A stretch of 64,000 bases of DNA, taken from positions 32,001-96,000 of IMG/VR virus record IMGVR_UViG_3300011006_000010; one strand, written 5' to 3'. The position numbers were made by a program, and so were the translations under genes. The DNA is from a virus (Duplodnaviria > Caudoviricetes). Within the stretch, counting starts at the first letter, position 1; every line of letters starts with the position of its first letter. Of this stretch, positions 23,601-32,746 are shown piece by piece. The notes under the pieces were generated by a model that saw only the letters and a program-made list of their open reading frames with translations, was not told where the DNA came from and searched no databases.

Positions 23601-24271
23601 ATGGTCTTGCTGCCTCGTTGAAAAAGTTTGCAGGTGATACTAGTAGTAATTATATTTATGCAGCTGCAACCGAATTAAATATCACAACTACTAGCACAAG
23701 TTCTGTAGCCTCTACAACATGGACTTATGGTGGCACGTTTAGAAATAAACCTTATATTATTACGTGCGTCCTTGATTCGGATGAACCACAGAATGTATAT
23801 TGCTCGGCTTCGACGTATAGCAATTCGGATACAACTGTAACTTCTGCTAAAATCTACGCAATTAATACAAGCACGGTAGGCACCGTAAAAGTTGCGTGCC
23901 TTGCTCTTGATCTTGCAGGTGTCTTGAGTATGTCTGGAGATACTGAAGTTTCCGAATACATTCAGTGCGGTCAGATAAGCATTACACCGAAGGCAAATAC
24001 ACCAACCAGTAAAACACTCACATTCCCAACAAGGTTCGGAGGCACACCAATTGTAATCTGCGGATGTGCTGGAACAGTTCCTGGAACAACCGTTAAGGGT
24101 TGGGGCGTGACGAGCGTCAGTAGTAAAAGCGCAAAGTTCTGGACATACAGAACGAACACAACGGCTGTTGTATTAAACTGGGTTGCTGTTGATATCGGGG
24201 CAATTCTTGCCAAAGACGTCGACAACTATACAGATACAAATGACGCAGAAGGCGAAGAAGATGAAACATAA
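20642..24271 (+). CDS. Tail fibre/adhesin with beta-rich shaft ('GxIGGW/F' repeats) and tandem C-terminal H-type-lectin/gp53-like domains
   Basis: Repeated 'IGGF/W.I...SI' shaft motifs; C-terminal units such as 'TLTFPTRFGGTPIV...LNWVAV'. Confidence 0.7.
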   Translation: MAYLGNTVINGSLRCLNKSYFGDISVSGTTTFASLEVTGNATISGGTLTVGNSSTTSTLYLYGKNALYAMDSWLRINSASSFSQGVYVPSLFRTDGKFQVGANGNRLSVTTGAATFGVPISATTANVTNINSSTISNSSKITSYDVEVTNELKSYTWDIAHVANLANDFTVSPTLQLESGATITFSSINTSTNVCQFTVSDSSSISSSSLGGVTWTQYSKVKFTMELNGVLNTNCSGYLTAQMNSTSGTMQINGTLDTVDGLATGTAYSAEGATIMLYEVGAGSQSTTYPIGIRMTAYGSNKRSYIDIYGGTSASSWTTPHVRIGNVGGLTFNGSTLDNQWGIYTDMGYFSGAIVSTEGKIGGFTIGASSIYNGTNSLTSTTAGIYLGTNGIRNYQSSTAYVNIASGVITAKGANITGQVTATSGYIGNGSSGFTINNTSITNGKTSYSETTNNGIYLGTDGIGLGKGLFYVTSAGALTAKSATIGGWSVNSTSIYSTASTATIYGNTRSSYNSGSGFYLGGDGKFGVGNGTTSYITYDGSSLNMNVTALSIGGTSAATTTDTTNAAKTATNYLTYDSTNGIKLHNLSDTTDYLQVNSTAIRMYRNNVEKMYLDDSSFRIGSTGSGNYNTYITSSGIALRVNTTTLANFTSSNLSYYYGTTGKTAMSLGTSNLTFYETDGSTVAATLGSNGLAISAGSISLGNNFSVDSTGSISASDGTIGGWNISNSSLVGYSTDATPPSLAMYSGNTTSTPRTAFIGSMGIYGKNLVAGTITTPKISGGKSKTITVNFADFSADGTSPFTQIPIVVVCPRSSAPWNCVAGAYDITTTSFKCTIKNESSTSMKRSVNFIAYAYDSGWTNREVDDDGNWSTITDVDVSTRYVNGIDAGNVESPMDKKQVTDIDFSLTELTASGGTSYYPITGAASSGRSIFFATSRTTVPYSILRNPAISAVYDSTTEKSTYQISAYRTNTTNSIFNWIGIDISRTDGLAASLKKFAGDTSSNYIYAAATELNITTTSTSSVASTTWTYGGTFRNKPYIITCVLDSDEPQNVYCSASTYSNSDTTVTSAKIYAINTSTVGTVKVACLALDLAGVLSMSGDTEVSEYIQCGQISITPKANTPTSKTLTFPTRFGGTPIVICGCAGTVPGTTVKGWGVTSVSSKSAKFWTYRTNTTAVVLNWVAVDIGAILAKDVDNYTDTNDAEGEEDET

Positions 24272-24283
24272 TACTAAAATCAC

Positions 24284-24309
24284 AGAGACACCGTGCGGGT
24301 GTCTCTTTT
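24284..24309 (+). terminator. Intrinsic terminator-like hairpin
   Basis: AGAGACACC/GGTGTCTCT stem plus T-run. Confidence 0.65.
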
Positions 24310-24338
24310 CAATCTATGGAAACGAAGGAGGAGTCTAA

Positions 24339-24680
24339 ATGATTTCTATCGATTCAACCACTAATAAAATCACGATGACACGCTCAGACTCTTTGATCGT
24401 GACTGTAACTCCATATACTTCTGACGGTGAAGTCTATGAACCTGATGAAGGCGATTATATTCGCTTTGCCATGTCAAAGAAATACCTTGGACAAAGCGGT
24501 TATCAGCTATGTGTTACCAAGGAGATTCCTACTGACACATTCATTCTGGAACTGGAGCCAGAAGATACGAGCGCTCTTGCATACGGCACGTACAACTACG
24601 ATATTGAGCTGACACATGCGGACGGCAGAGTCGATACATATATTTCTTCAACGATCACTCTAAATAAAGAGGTGAAGTAG
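24339..24680 (+). CDS. BppU-N-like Ig-fold baseplate adaptor
   Basis: 'I.MTR.D', 'LEPEDT..L.YGTY.YDIEL....G.VDT' pattern. Confidence 0.6.
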   Translation: MISIDSTTNKITMTRSDSLIVTVTPYTSDGEVYEPDEGDYIRFAMSKKYLGQSGYQLCVTKEIPTDTFILELEPEDTSALAYGTYNYDIELTHADGRVDTYISSTITLNKEVK

Positions 24681-24681
24681 G

Positions 24682-24942
24682 ATGAACGGAAATGTTACCC
24701 TGAATGGTACGTTAAGCGGCACATTGGTTTCATCCTCTGATGGTCTTTCTGGAACGCTGTCAGGCGGATCAATGAATGGAACACTGACAGTCCCTGCATC
24801 ACTTGCCTCAAACAAAGACTACGAAAAGCTAAAAAACAAGCCTCAAATCGAGACAGTTGAGCTTGTAGGGAACAAATCGTTTGAAGACCTTGGGTTACAG
24901 CCTATCGAGAATACGGAGTTAATGGAGTTACTTACATTATAA
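24682..24942 (+). CDS. Small fibre connector protein
   Basis: 'GTLSG' repeats; 'DYEKLKNKPQI..VEL.GNKSFEDLG' fibre motif. Confidence 0.55.
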   Translation: MNGNVTLNGTLSGTLVSSSDGLSGTLSGGSMNGTLTVPASLASNKDYEKLKNKPQIETVELVGNKSFEDLGLQPIENTELMELLTL

Positions 24943-24955
24943 GGGGGATTTATAT

Positions 24956-26002
24956 ATGGCATTAAAATACTTAGATTATAACGGTGTTGCATATTTGTGG
25001 CAGAAGATCATCAATGCTTTAAACGGGAAGGTCGACACAGAGACAGGTAAAGGCTTGTCGTCTAACGATTACACTTCCAGTGAAAAGACTAAACTTGCTA
25101 ATGTAGAATCCGGCGCACAGGTAAACGTTTTGGAAGGCATTCAGAAAAACGGCACAACCGTTACTATTACAAATAAGATCGCAAATATTTCTGTACCAAC
25201 AGCCACAAGTGATCTAACAAACGACAGCGGATTCATCACTTCAGCAGACGTTCCAGATGGTGCAGCAGCATCTACCGCTACACCATTGATGGATGGCACT
25301 GCAGCAGTCGGCACATCAACAGCATTCGCGAGAGGAGACCACGTTCACCCAACAGACACATCAAGAGCAAGCGCAAGTGACCTGAGCGCTCTTGACACTA
25401 GAGTTGGAACCTTGGAAACGGCTGTAGGAACTGGCGGTTCAGTCGATACTAAAATTCAGACAGCTATTGAAGATCTTGATTCAAGTATCGCTTCGACATC
25501 GAATCAGGCTATCGCCTCTGTAACAGTTGTAGATGGTAAGATTACAAACAGTACAAAAATCACCGTTCCAACAAATAACAACCAGCTGACAAATGGCGCC
25601 GGATATCAGACCGCAAGCGATGTTTCTACTGCAATTGCAGGTAAAGCCGATTCTGCTACTACTCTTTCAGGTTATGGCATCACAGATGCTTACACTCAGA
25701 CCCAGGTACAGAATTATGTTGCAGGTCTAGGATATCAGACTGCAAGTGATGTATCATCTGCTATTTCCTCAGCGATTACTACAGTAATGGATTACAAAGG
25801 CACTGTTGCTACAGTTGCAGCTCTTCCTGCAACAGGAAACAAGAATGGTGATGTGTACCATGTTACGGCAAACAACGGTGAATATGCATGGGATGGTTCT
25901 ACATGGCAGGAGCTGGGTTCTACAATCGACCTGAGTGGCTACGTTGAAGATTCAGACCTTGTGTCTATTACAAACGCAGAAATCGACACAATCACAGCAT
26001 AG
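24956..26002 (+). CDS. Head/tail fibre protein
   Basis: 'KYLDYNG..YLW.KI', 'GKGLSSNDYT..EKTKL', 'FARGDHVHP', 'TTLSGYGITDAY' fibre motifs. Confidence 0.7.
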   Translation: MALKYLDYNGVAYLWQKIINALNGKVDTETGKGLSSNDYTSSEKTKLANVESGAQVNVLEGIQKNGTTVTITNKIANISVPTATSDLTNDSGFITSADVPDGAAASTATPLMDGTAAVGTSTAFARGDHVHPTDTSRASASDLSALDTRVGTLETAVGTGGSVDTKIQTAIEDLDSSIASTSNQAIASVTVVDGKITNSTKITVPTNNNQLTNGAGYQTASDVSTAIAGKADSATTLSGYGITDAYTQTQVQNYVAGLGYQTASDVSSAISSAITTVMDYKGTVATVAALPATGNKNGDVYHVTANNGEYAWDGSTWQELGSTIDLSGYVEDSDLVSITNAEIDTITA

Positions 26003-26020
26003 TAAAGGAGGCTATTCAAA

Positions 26021-26893
26021 ATGGCTTCTAAAAAATACTTAGACTATAATGGGTTGTCTCATCTGTGGGAGAAGATTGAAGATGCAGTAGATGATCGCAT
26101 CCCTATGTGGAATGGCAATATGCTTGTAAATAACGATGGCGATACAAATGGCTTTTTTGTCGAATATGAAGAACGTAATTTGATTTGGGCTTGGTGTGAT
26201 AATGGTTCACTAAAGACGCAAATTCATTATCTGGCTACACCAACCGCAGATACCGATGCCGCAAATAAAGCTTACGTTGATAGCGCAGTATCTGGTATTA
26301 CCATTCCTACTAAAACATCCGATTTAACAAACGACAGTGGGTTTATAACCACCAACGATGTTCCAGATGAGGTTATGATAGTCAGTTTAACTTATGACGA
26401 TAGCTATTATGCGAATAAAACTTTTTCTCAAATCTATTCTCATCTTCAAGCAGGTGGTACGGCGATTCTGTCTTACTCTGAGGATGGAATGACTTCGTAT
26501 TATCCTATTATTTGGTATGACAATACTGAACTATATTTTGCTGATACTTCGTACGATTCCAATGGGATGTCTTATTCTTTATCTAACACTGCCTACTCCA
26601 TTTCATCCAGTAATGTAATCACTGGCACAGGGGCGTCGTGGACACCACCTACAATCACACTGAATGGTGCGAGTTCAGGCGATTCATTAAATTTTTATGC
26701 TCCAACAACCGCAGGCACTTCAGGACAATTCTTGAAGTCAAACGGAAGTGGCGCTCCGACTTGGCAAACTCTAAACATCCCTACCGTTCCTACCTATACC
26801 CTTTCAATCTCAAATGGCGCAATCACATTGACAGGATCAGATGGCTCTACAACCAGTGCATCTCTTCCTGTCTATACAGGGAGTGTAACATAA
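26021..26893 (+). CDS. Fibre protein, paralogous N-terminus to 24956 gene
   Basis: 'KYLDYNGL.HLW.KI', 'DAANKAYVD', 'TSDLTNDSGFIT', 'GTSGQFLKSNG'. Confidence 0.65.
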   Translation: MASKKYLDYNGLSHLWEKIEDAVDDRIPMWNGNMLVNNDGDTNGFFVEYEERNLIWAWCDNGSLKTQIHYLATPTADTDAANKAYVDSAVSGITIPTKTSDLTNDSGFITTNDVPDEVMIVSLTYDDSYYANKTFSQIYSHLQAGGTAILSYSEDGMTSYYPIIWYDNTELYFADTSYDSNGMSYSLSNTAYSISSSNVITGTGASWTPPTITLNGASSGDSLNFYAPTTAGTSGQFLKSNGSGAPTWQTLNIPTVPTYTLSISNGAITLTGSDGSTTSASLPVYTGSVT

Positions 26894-28303
26894 ATGGCAA
26901 CAACAGTAACATATAACGGCAATACGATCACCACGGTAGAAAATAATACCAAGACGTTGAATACTGCAGGGACGTATATGCCGTATGATGTGGTGGTCAA
27001 TGATGTTAGTGGTACTAAAGATGGCGAGACCTATCAGGATGAAACTAATTTTGTCGTTTTAGATGATGACAATGGAAATTATCCCGATCTTGAATTGTTA
27101 AACGTTGCCACGAATGGAACATATACCGCAGAATCGGGCAAGGCATACAACTCTGTAACTGTAAACGTAGACAAGGCTCTGGCGTTTCTTCAAGGAACTC
27201 TTACAGAAGCTACAACAAAAGATATGAGTGGTATAACAAATATTGGATACGCTTCGTTTTACAACGAAAGAAATCTAGCAAGCATCGATTTATCTGAAGT
27301 TACAGCAATTGGTACAGATGCTTTTTATAACTGCAACGGGGCAGCAATTGATTTGGTTATTCCAGAGAGTACTGTGTATTTGGGTTCAGCTGCGTTTAGA
27401 TATTTCAAAGCATTAAAGTCTGTAGAAATGTACGGCGAGAAGATATTTGCTAATATATATGGAACTGATGTGTCTTCTAGTGATGGAAGTAATATGTTCA
27501 GAGGATGTACTAGCTTGGAGAGTGTCGCTGTTTATGATCATAGAAATTTTAATGGGAATGGCTACATCTGTGGCGGATGTACCTCTCTTACAGATTTTTA
27601 TGCTCCCAGGATGACAAATCTTCAACCTGCGTTTTTCATTGATGATACGGCGTTAAAAAGAGTCGCTTTCCCAGCAGTATATGCATGTTATGCATCTGTT
27701 TTTTCGGGATGCACATCTTTAGAGAAAGTCGATTTTGGGGTACGCACACAGTTTTTTAGATATAACCTTTTCTTAAACTGCACTGCGTTAAACACCATCG
27801 TTCTTAGGGGAACAACCTTAACGTCGCTCACCCCACTAACGGTATTTACAAATAGCAGTTTTTCCGAAGGCGGTGCTGGCGGTACAATTTACATCCCCGA
27901 AGTTTTATACAACGAACTTGGGACTGGCTCATCTTTAGATTATAAATCTGCAACGAACTGGAGCACGATCGATGGTTACGGAACTATAACATGGGCAAAG
28001 ATAGAAGGATCTGAATATGAGCATTATTATGTGGATGGACGAGGCGTTCTTCAAACAGTAACACTCAATCTGACAAACTGTAGTGTTTCAAATACATTAG
28101 CTCATTATGGGTCTTCAATGGAAACTTATCTCACTCCTGATGATGGATATGTCATAGACGCTGATTCCATTGAAATAACAATGGGCGGAACTGACATCAC
28201 AGACCTTTGTCATATCATTGAAACTGACGGTGTATATAGTGCGTCAATCGAATCGATTACTGATGCGATTACGATTACGGCAACGGCAGAGGTGATAACG
28301 TGA
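26894..28303 (+). CDS. BspA/TpLRR-type leucine-rich-repeat protein 1
   Basis: Repeats 'IG..AF..C..L..V'; cap 'GGTIYIP...YK.ATNWS'; C-terminal Ig-like repeat. Confidence 0.8.
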   Translation: MATTVTYNGNTITTVENNTKTLNTAGTYMPYDVVVNDVSGTKDGETYQDETNFVVLDDDNGNYPDLELLNVATNGTYTAESGKAYNSVTVNVDKALAFLQGTLTEATTKDMSGITNIGYASFYNERNLASIDLSEVTAIGTDAFYNCNGAAIDLVIPESTVYLGSAAFRYFKALKSVEMYGEKIFANIYGTDVSSSDGSNMFRGCTSLESVAVYDHRNFNGNGYICGGCTSLTDFYAPRMTNLQPAFFIDDTALKRVAFPAVYACYASVFSGCTSLEKVDFGVRTQFFRYNLFLNCTALNTIVLRGTTLTSLTPLTVFTNSSFSEGGAGGTIYIPEVLYNELGTGSSLDYKSATNWSTIDGYGTITWAKIEGSEYEHYYVDGRGVLQTVTLNLTNCSVSNTLAHYGSSMETYLTPDDGYVIDADSIEITMGGTDITDLCHIIETDGVYSASIESITDAITITATAEVIT

Positions 28304-29838
28304 GTAGTATAATATCTTATAAAAATGAGACTCTTGTTGCACTTAGTAACGGAACGAAAACTTTGAATACCGCATCAAAATACATGGAAGATAATATTGT
28401 AGTCTCAAACGTGATTGCTAATGACGAATCGATCTATCAAGATGCCGATGGATATATTGTGTTGGCTAGCGGACAGGGGTCACATGTTCATACAGAAGTA
28501 CTCGTTCCAGAAGAAAATGGTACATATGAAGCTGAAATTGGCACTGCCTACGATGTGGTCAATGTCGATGTTGACGGCTTTAATGATTTTATAAAGTCGG
28601 TAATACAGAGAACAGTCACGTCGATTACACCAGAAGATATTCAGAGCACAACTTCGCTGAGAGCACATATATTCAGAGCATGTCACTATCTTGAGTCGGC
28701 GGATATAAGCTGTGTAACCACGTTCTTGTCCAACGGATATCAGTTGAGTGGATGTTCGAGTCTAAAATGGGTTAAAGCAGACCTGCTAAACACATTGTCT
28801 GGCGGTTATTTTTTTCAAAACGGAACAAGTCTGACAGATATATACATACCGAAAGCTAGTGCGGGAATATACACTCTGCGTGGTTGTACATCTCTAGTCA
28901 GAATATTTCTACCATTTCTTGGAAGCACAAAGACGGTTGGAGATCATGCTTTTAATGGATGCACATCATTGTCTCACGTCGATTTGGGTGCATGTACATC
29001 AATTGCTGCTAATGCATTTTATAATTGTTCAACCTTGAACACCTTGATTTTGAGACGAACAGGAGCCGTGACTTCGTTATCTAACATTAGTGCTTTCACA
29101 GGCACACCATTTGCGAGCGGTGGCACTGGAGGGACTATATATGTTCCCTCTACATTGATAGATACATATAAAGCTGCGACCAACTGGACTACCGTAGATG
29201 GCTACGGCACGATAACGTGGGAAGCAATCGAAGGAAGCATATATGAAAATTTATATGAGATCAAAAGAACGTTAACAAACTGTTCTTCGAGCTGCATGAC
29301 GTTTTACGCCTACGACGGAGAAAGCTACATCACAAATATTGTTGCAGATGACGGATGTTCTTTTAGTACCATTGAAACAATTATGGACGAAGAAGACATT
29401 AGTGACACATGTTACTTAAATGGGACAATTACAATCAATTCTATTACTGGAAATATTAATATTACAGCAACGGCTCAAGCAAGCGATAATTTAATTAATG
29501 TATCTACATTGACTCTTTCAGGTAAGACAGAAGTAGGTGGCTACGTCATATCGAGCACCTATCCGTTCACTGATTTTATGGAGATCACTCCTTCTACTAC
29601 CTATTACGTAAACATTAACAGAAATTTAAAGGATGACACAAAAGAATGGAATCAGGTTCTCTTTTATTATGATTCAGAGAAAAATTATTTGAGCAGAACA
29701 AATCTCCAGGACAATTATTCTTATGGGATAATGACAACAAGAGAATCTCCAGAGGGCGCATATTATGCTAGAATCAGATATCATTCCAGCGGAAATGAAC
29801 ATCCGTACTATGGGTTATCTGGCGAGCTATGGAAATAA
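28300..29838 (+). CDS. BspA/TpLRR-type leucine-rich-repeat protein 2
   Basis: Same LRR and cap motifs; GTGA overlap with the previous gene. Confidence 0.8.
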   Translation: MSSIISYKNETLVALSNGTKTLNTASKYMEDNIVVSNVIANDESIYQDADGYIVLASGQGSHVHTEVLVPEENGTYEAEIGTAYDVVNVDVDGFNDFIKSVIQRTVTSITPEDIQSTTSLRAHIFRACHYLESADISCVTTFLSNGYQLSGCSSLKWVKADLLNTLSGGYFFQNGTSLTDIYIPKASAGIYTLRGCTSLVRIFLPFLGSTKTVGDHAFNGCTSLSHVDLGACTSIAANAFYNCSTLNTLILRRTGAVTSLSNISAFTGTPFASGGTGGTIYVPSTLIDTYKAATNWTTVDGYGTITWEAIEGSIYENLYEIKRTLTNCSSSCMTFYAYDGESYITNIVADDGCSFSTIETIMDEEDISDTCYLNGTITINSITGNINITATAQASDNLINVSTLTLSGKTEVGGYVISSTYPFTDFMEITPSTTYYVNINRNLKDDTKEWNQVLFYYDSEKNYLSRTNLQDNYSYGIMTTRESPEGAYYARIRYHSSGNEHPYYGLSGELWK

Positions 29839-29858
29839 AGATGAGGTGATAAGGTTAT

Positions 29859-31232
29859 ATGAGTGACACACTTAGAATTTTTGGGAAAACTTATAATAAT
29901 GCCACTGGCATTAAAGCTCAGGATGCAAATGGTAATACTCTAGTTTTTACCAGAGGCAATTCTGTTGTCGTTAGCGATAGTTCAAATGCAACTGGCACTA
30001 CGGCAAATGTAACTACGAACAACGCCGTGGTATTGGGACAAAAAACAGTCACAGAAAGTGGCACGTATGATCCAAGCGATGAGGATTTAGATGGCTACTC
30101 TGAAGTTGTAGTAGACGTTAATTATAATTCCAGCAGAACTATTCTTTTGAACAATACATTAATCTATAATGCTTCAGGACAAACATTGAATGAAGTGGCA
30201 AACAGCTCCGCCAATTCCTCAATAGAAACAATAGTTGTTACGGGGACTCTTGGCACTAATGCGGATATGAATTCTGGTCAGGCTATTGATGCTTGGGAAA
30301 GTTCTTTCCCAAATTTAAAACGTCTAATAATCAAGCCGACGGCTATGACTAACGGGAATAATTATTTTAAATTTGGTCATTATGCATTCAACGGTCTTCC
30401 AAATCTGGAGTACCTTGAATTAGGAAGTAAGAATGGGATATATTTTGATTGGGCAGGCTACTATCAACACACTTCCACTCTTTATGTTGGTTCTGATGTT
30501 GGTTTGGAGATAGTCGTATATAGACCTTCGTATGCCAGCCAGGGTGGTTTTTCTTACGGAAAAGTAGCGCCATCAACAAAGCTGATTCAAATAAATTATC
30601 AGACTGGTGAAGTCATGAGAGGTGGAGATGTTCTTTGGACATCAAGCGGGTTAGCAAACGGCACCGAACCGAGTGGCGATGTCACTATAAGCGCAATAGA
30701 TACTGTTGCGTATGGATTAGCTTTTAGACCGGCAATAACATCAGTCACGTATAATGGCACAGATGAGTGGTTTGGCAACTATTTGTTTTCGGGTTGCACA
30801 TCAATGACACGATTCTACGCGCCAAACATGACGTCTATGAGGACGAGCATATATGGAATAACTCAGTATCCATTTCAAAATTGCAGCGCTTTAACGGATT
30901 TTGATGCACCAAATTTCGCAGATGTCTTGCCTAACTATTGTTTTAAGGGTTGCTCATCTTTAGTAACTATCGATTTGGCATATTGTACTAAAATACAAAC
31001 ATCTTTTAACGAATGTACCGCATTACGAAACATCATATTGCGAAGCTCAAGTGTATGCACGCTTGCAGATTATGGCGTAGCTGCGTTAAGTGGCATTTAT
31101 AACAATCCGACTGAATCAACGATTTATGTACCTAGCGAGTTAATATCATCATATCAGACGGCGACTAATTGGGCTTTGGCATATGAGGCGGGTGTGACTT
31201 TTACAGCCATCGAAGGAAGTGACTACGAATGA
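29859..31232 (+). CDS. BspA/TpLRR-type leucine-rich-repeat protein 3
   Basis: 'F.GC.SL' repeats; cap 'TIYVPS.LI..YQ.ATNW...AIEGS.YE'. Confidence 0.75.
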   Translation: MSDTLRIFGKTYNNATGIKAQDANGNTLVFTRGNSVVVSDSSNATGTTANVTTNNAVVLGQKTVTESGTYDPSDEDLDGYSEVVVDVNYNSSRTILLNNTLIYNASGQTLNEVANSSANSSIETIVVTGTLGTNADMNSGQAIDAWESSFPNLKRLIIKPTAMTNGNNYFKFGHYAFNGLPNLEYLELGSKNGIYFDWAGYYQHTSTLYVGSDVGLEIVVYRPSYASQGGFSYGKVAPSTKLIQINYQTGEVMRGGDVLWTSSGLANGTEPSGDVTISAIDTVAYGLAFRPAITSVTYNGTDEWFGNYLFSGCTSMTRFYAPNMTSMRTSIYGITQYPFQNCSALTDFDAPNFADVLPNYCFKGCSSLVTIDLAYCTKIQTSFNECTALRNIILRSSSVCTLADYGVAALSGIYNNPTESTIYVPSELISSYQTATNWALAYEAGVTFTAIEGSDYE

Positions 31233-31777
31233 TAAAGACAGAAACAATAACAATAAACAACAAAACCTTTTATCATACATATTCTAATTTAGGCTATCTT
31301 GTTCAAAGCGCTGATGGTAATTTATATAGCGATGCATACGATATTGTAAGAAAAACATATATAGAAACAGATGAAATCGATCCTGATCAGAAAGAATTAT
31401 TATACAGCGAAGCTGTAAACGCTCTTGTTTCTAATTTAGATGACGAACAGGCGTTAAATTCGCCTATTCTTTTTAACGAATGGGACATGACAAAAACATA
31501 TAATGCAGGAGATAGAGTGTTGTATAACAGCACTCTATTTAAAGTTCTTCAGACTCATGAAGCGCAGGAAACTTGGACTCCATCTAACTCCCCTTCTTTA
31601 TTTGCAGAAATTCTTGCGGGACAAGGTGGCACAGAAATTGGAGAGTGGTCGCAGCCTGATAGTACAAATCCGTACATGACTGGAGACAAAGTTCTTTATA
31701 ATGGAAAGACTTATGTCTCGACGATTGACAATAATGTTTGGGCACCTACCGTATACGGATGGGATGAGGTGGTATAA
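31229..31777 (+). CDS. Protein with two CBM5/12 (chitin-binding-like) modules
   Basis: Two 'EW....Y..GD.V.YN...Y/F' units. Confidence 0.75.
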   Translation: MIKTETITINNKTFYHTYSNLGYLVQSADGNLYSDAYDIVRKTYIETDEIDPDQKELLYSEAVNALVSNLDDEQALNSPILFNEWDMTKTYNAGDRVLYNSTLFKVLQTHEAQETWTPSNSPSLFAEILAGQGGTEIGEWSQPDSTNPYMTGDKVLYNGKTYVSTIDNNVWAPTVYGWDEVV

Positions 31778-31779
31778 AA

Positions 31780-32736
31780 ATGCCTGAAACTGTTTATAAC
31801 AAAGTAGTCATTGATGGCGCCACACTCATAGACCTTTCGGAAGATACGGTTACTAGCGCAGCACATATTGTCAGCGGTAGAGTAGGACACCTTGCAGACG
31901 GATCGCAAGTTACGGGCACGTACTCAGGCGACGGTTCATCAACGCCGTCATTGCAGACAAAGTCGGTCTCCTATACTCCAACAGAAACGGCTCAGTCGGC
32001 TACCGTATCCGCAGATTCTGGCTATGACGGGCTGTCTTCTGTTGATATTTCAGTGGGAGCTATCTCGTCATCATATGTCGGCTCAGGAGTCGTGCAGAGA
32101 AGCTCTAGTGACTTAACCGCTTCTGGAGCTACTGTTACTGCTCCCGCTGGATATTATGCTTCAGCAGCCACTAAAACGACTTCTATCGGTACTGCAACTA
32201 CACCGGCTACGACCATAACAGCAAATCCAACAATCTCTGTTTCCTCTGCAGGTCTGATAACGGCAACCACTTCAGCAACGCAAAGCGTTACTCCAACAAT
32301 ATCTGCTGGTTATATTTCAGCAGGCACAGCGGGGACGATTACAGTAAGCGGAAGCAATACAAGTCAGCTGACAACAAAAGCTGCTGCAACATACAACACG
32401 TCATCTTCAGACCAGACGATTGCTTCAGATCAGTATCTGACGGGAGTGCAGACAATCAAGGCGGTAACGACATCAAACATTACTGCCGCGAACGTCAAGG
32501 CAGGAACAACTGTAGAGGTCGGCGACAGCAACGACTCAGACAGAATCCTTAGTGTTGCAGGCACGTTCACATCAGATGGTACAGCTAGTGCAAGCGATAT
32601 TCTGAGTGGCGAGACAGCGTATGTCAACGGAAGCAAGCTGACAGGAACACTTGTCGTTCAGTCGTACTACACAGGCAGTTCAGCGCCTTCTGCATCCCTA
32701 GGATCTGACGGTGATATTTACCTGCAGACAAGTTAG
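31780..32736 (+). CDS. Ser/Thr-rich fibre shaft protein
   Basis: 'NKVVIDG.TLIDL..DTVT', 'DGLSSV', 'DILSGETAYVNG.KLTG', C-terminal 'GSDGDIYLQ'. Confidence 0.65.
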   Translation: MPETVYNKVVIDGATLIDLSEDTVTSAAHIVSGRVGHLADGSQVTGTYSGDGSSTPSLQTKSVSYTPTETAQSATVSADSGYDGLSSVDISVGAISSSYVGSGVVQRSSSDLTASGATVTAPAGYYASAATKTTSIGTATTPATTITANPTISVSSAGLITATTSATQSVTPTISAGYISAGTAGTITVSGSNTSQLTTKAAATYNTSSSDQTIASDQYLTGVQTIKAVTTSNITAANVKAGTTVEVGDSNDSDRILSVAGTFTSDGTASASDILSGETAYVNGSKLTGTLVVQSYYTGSSAPSASLGSDGDIYLQTS

Positions 32737-32746
32737 GAGGTAGAGT

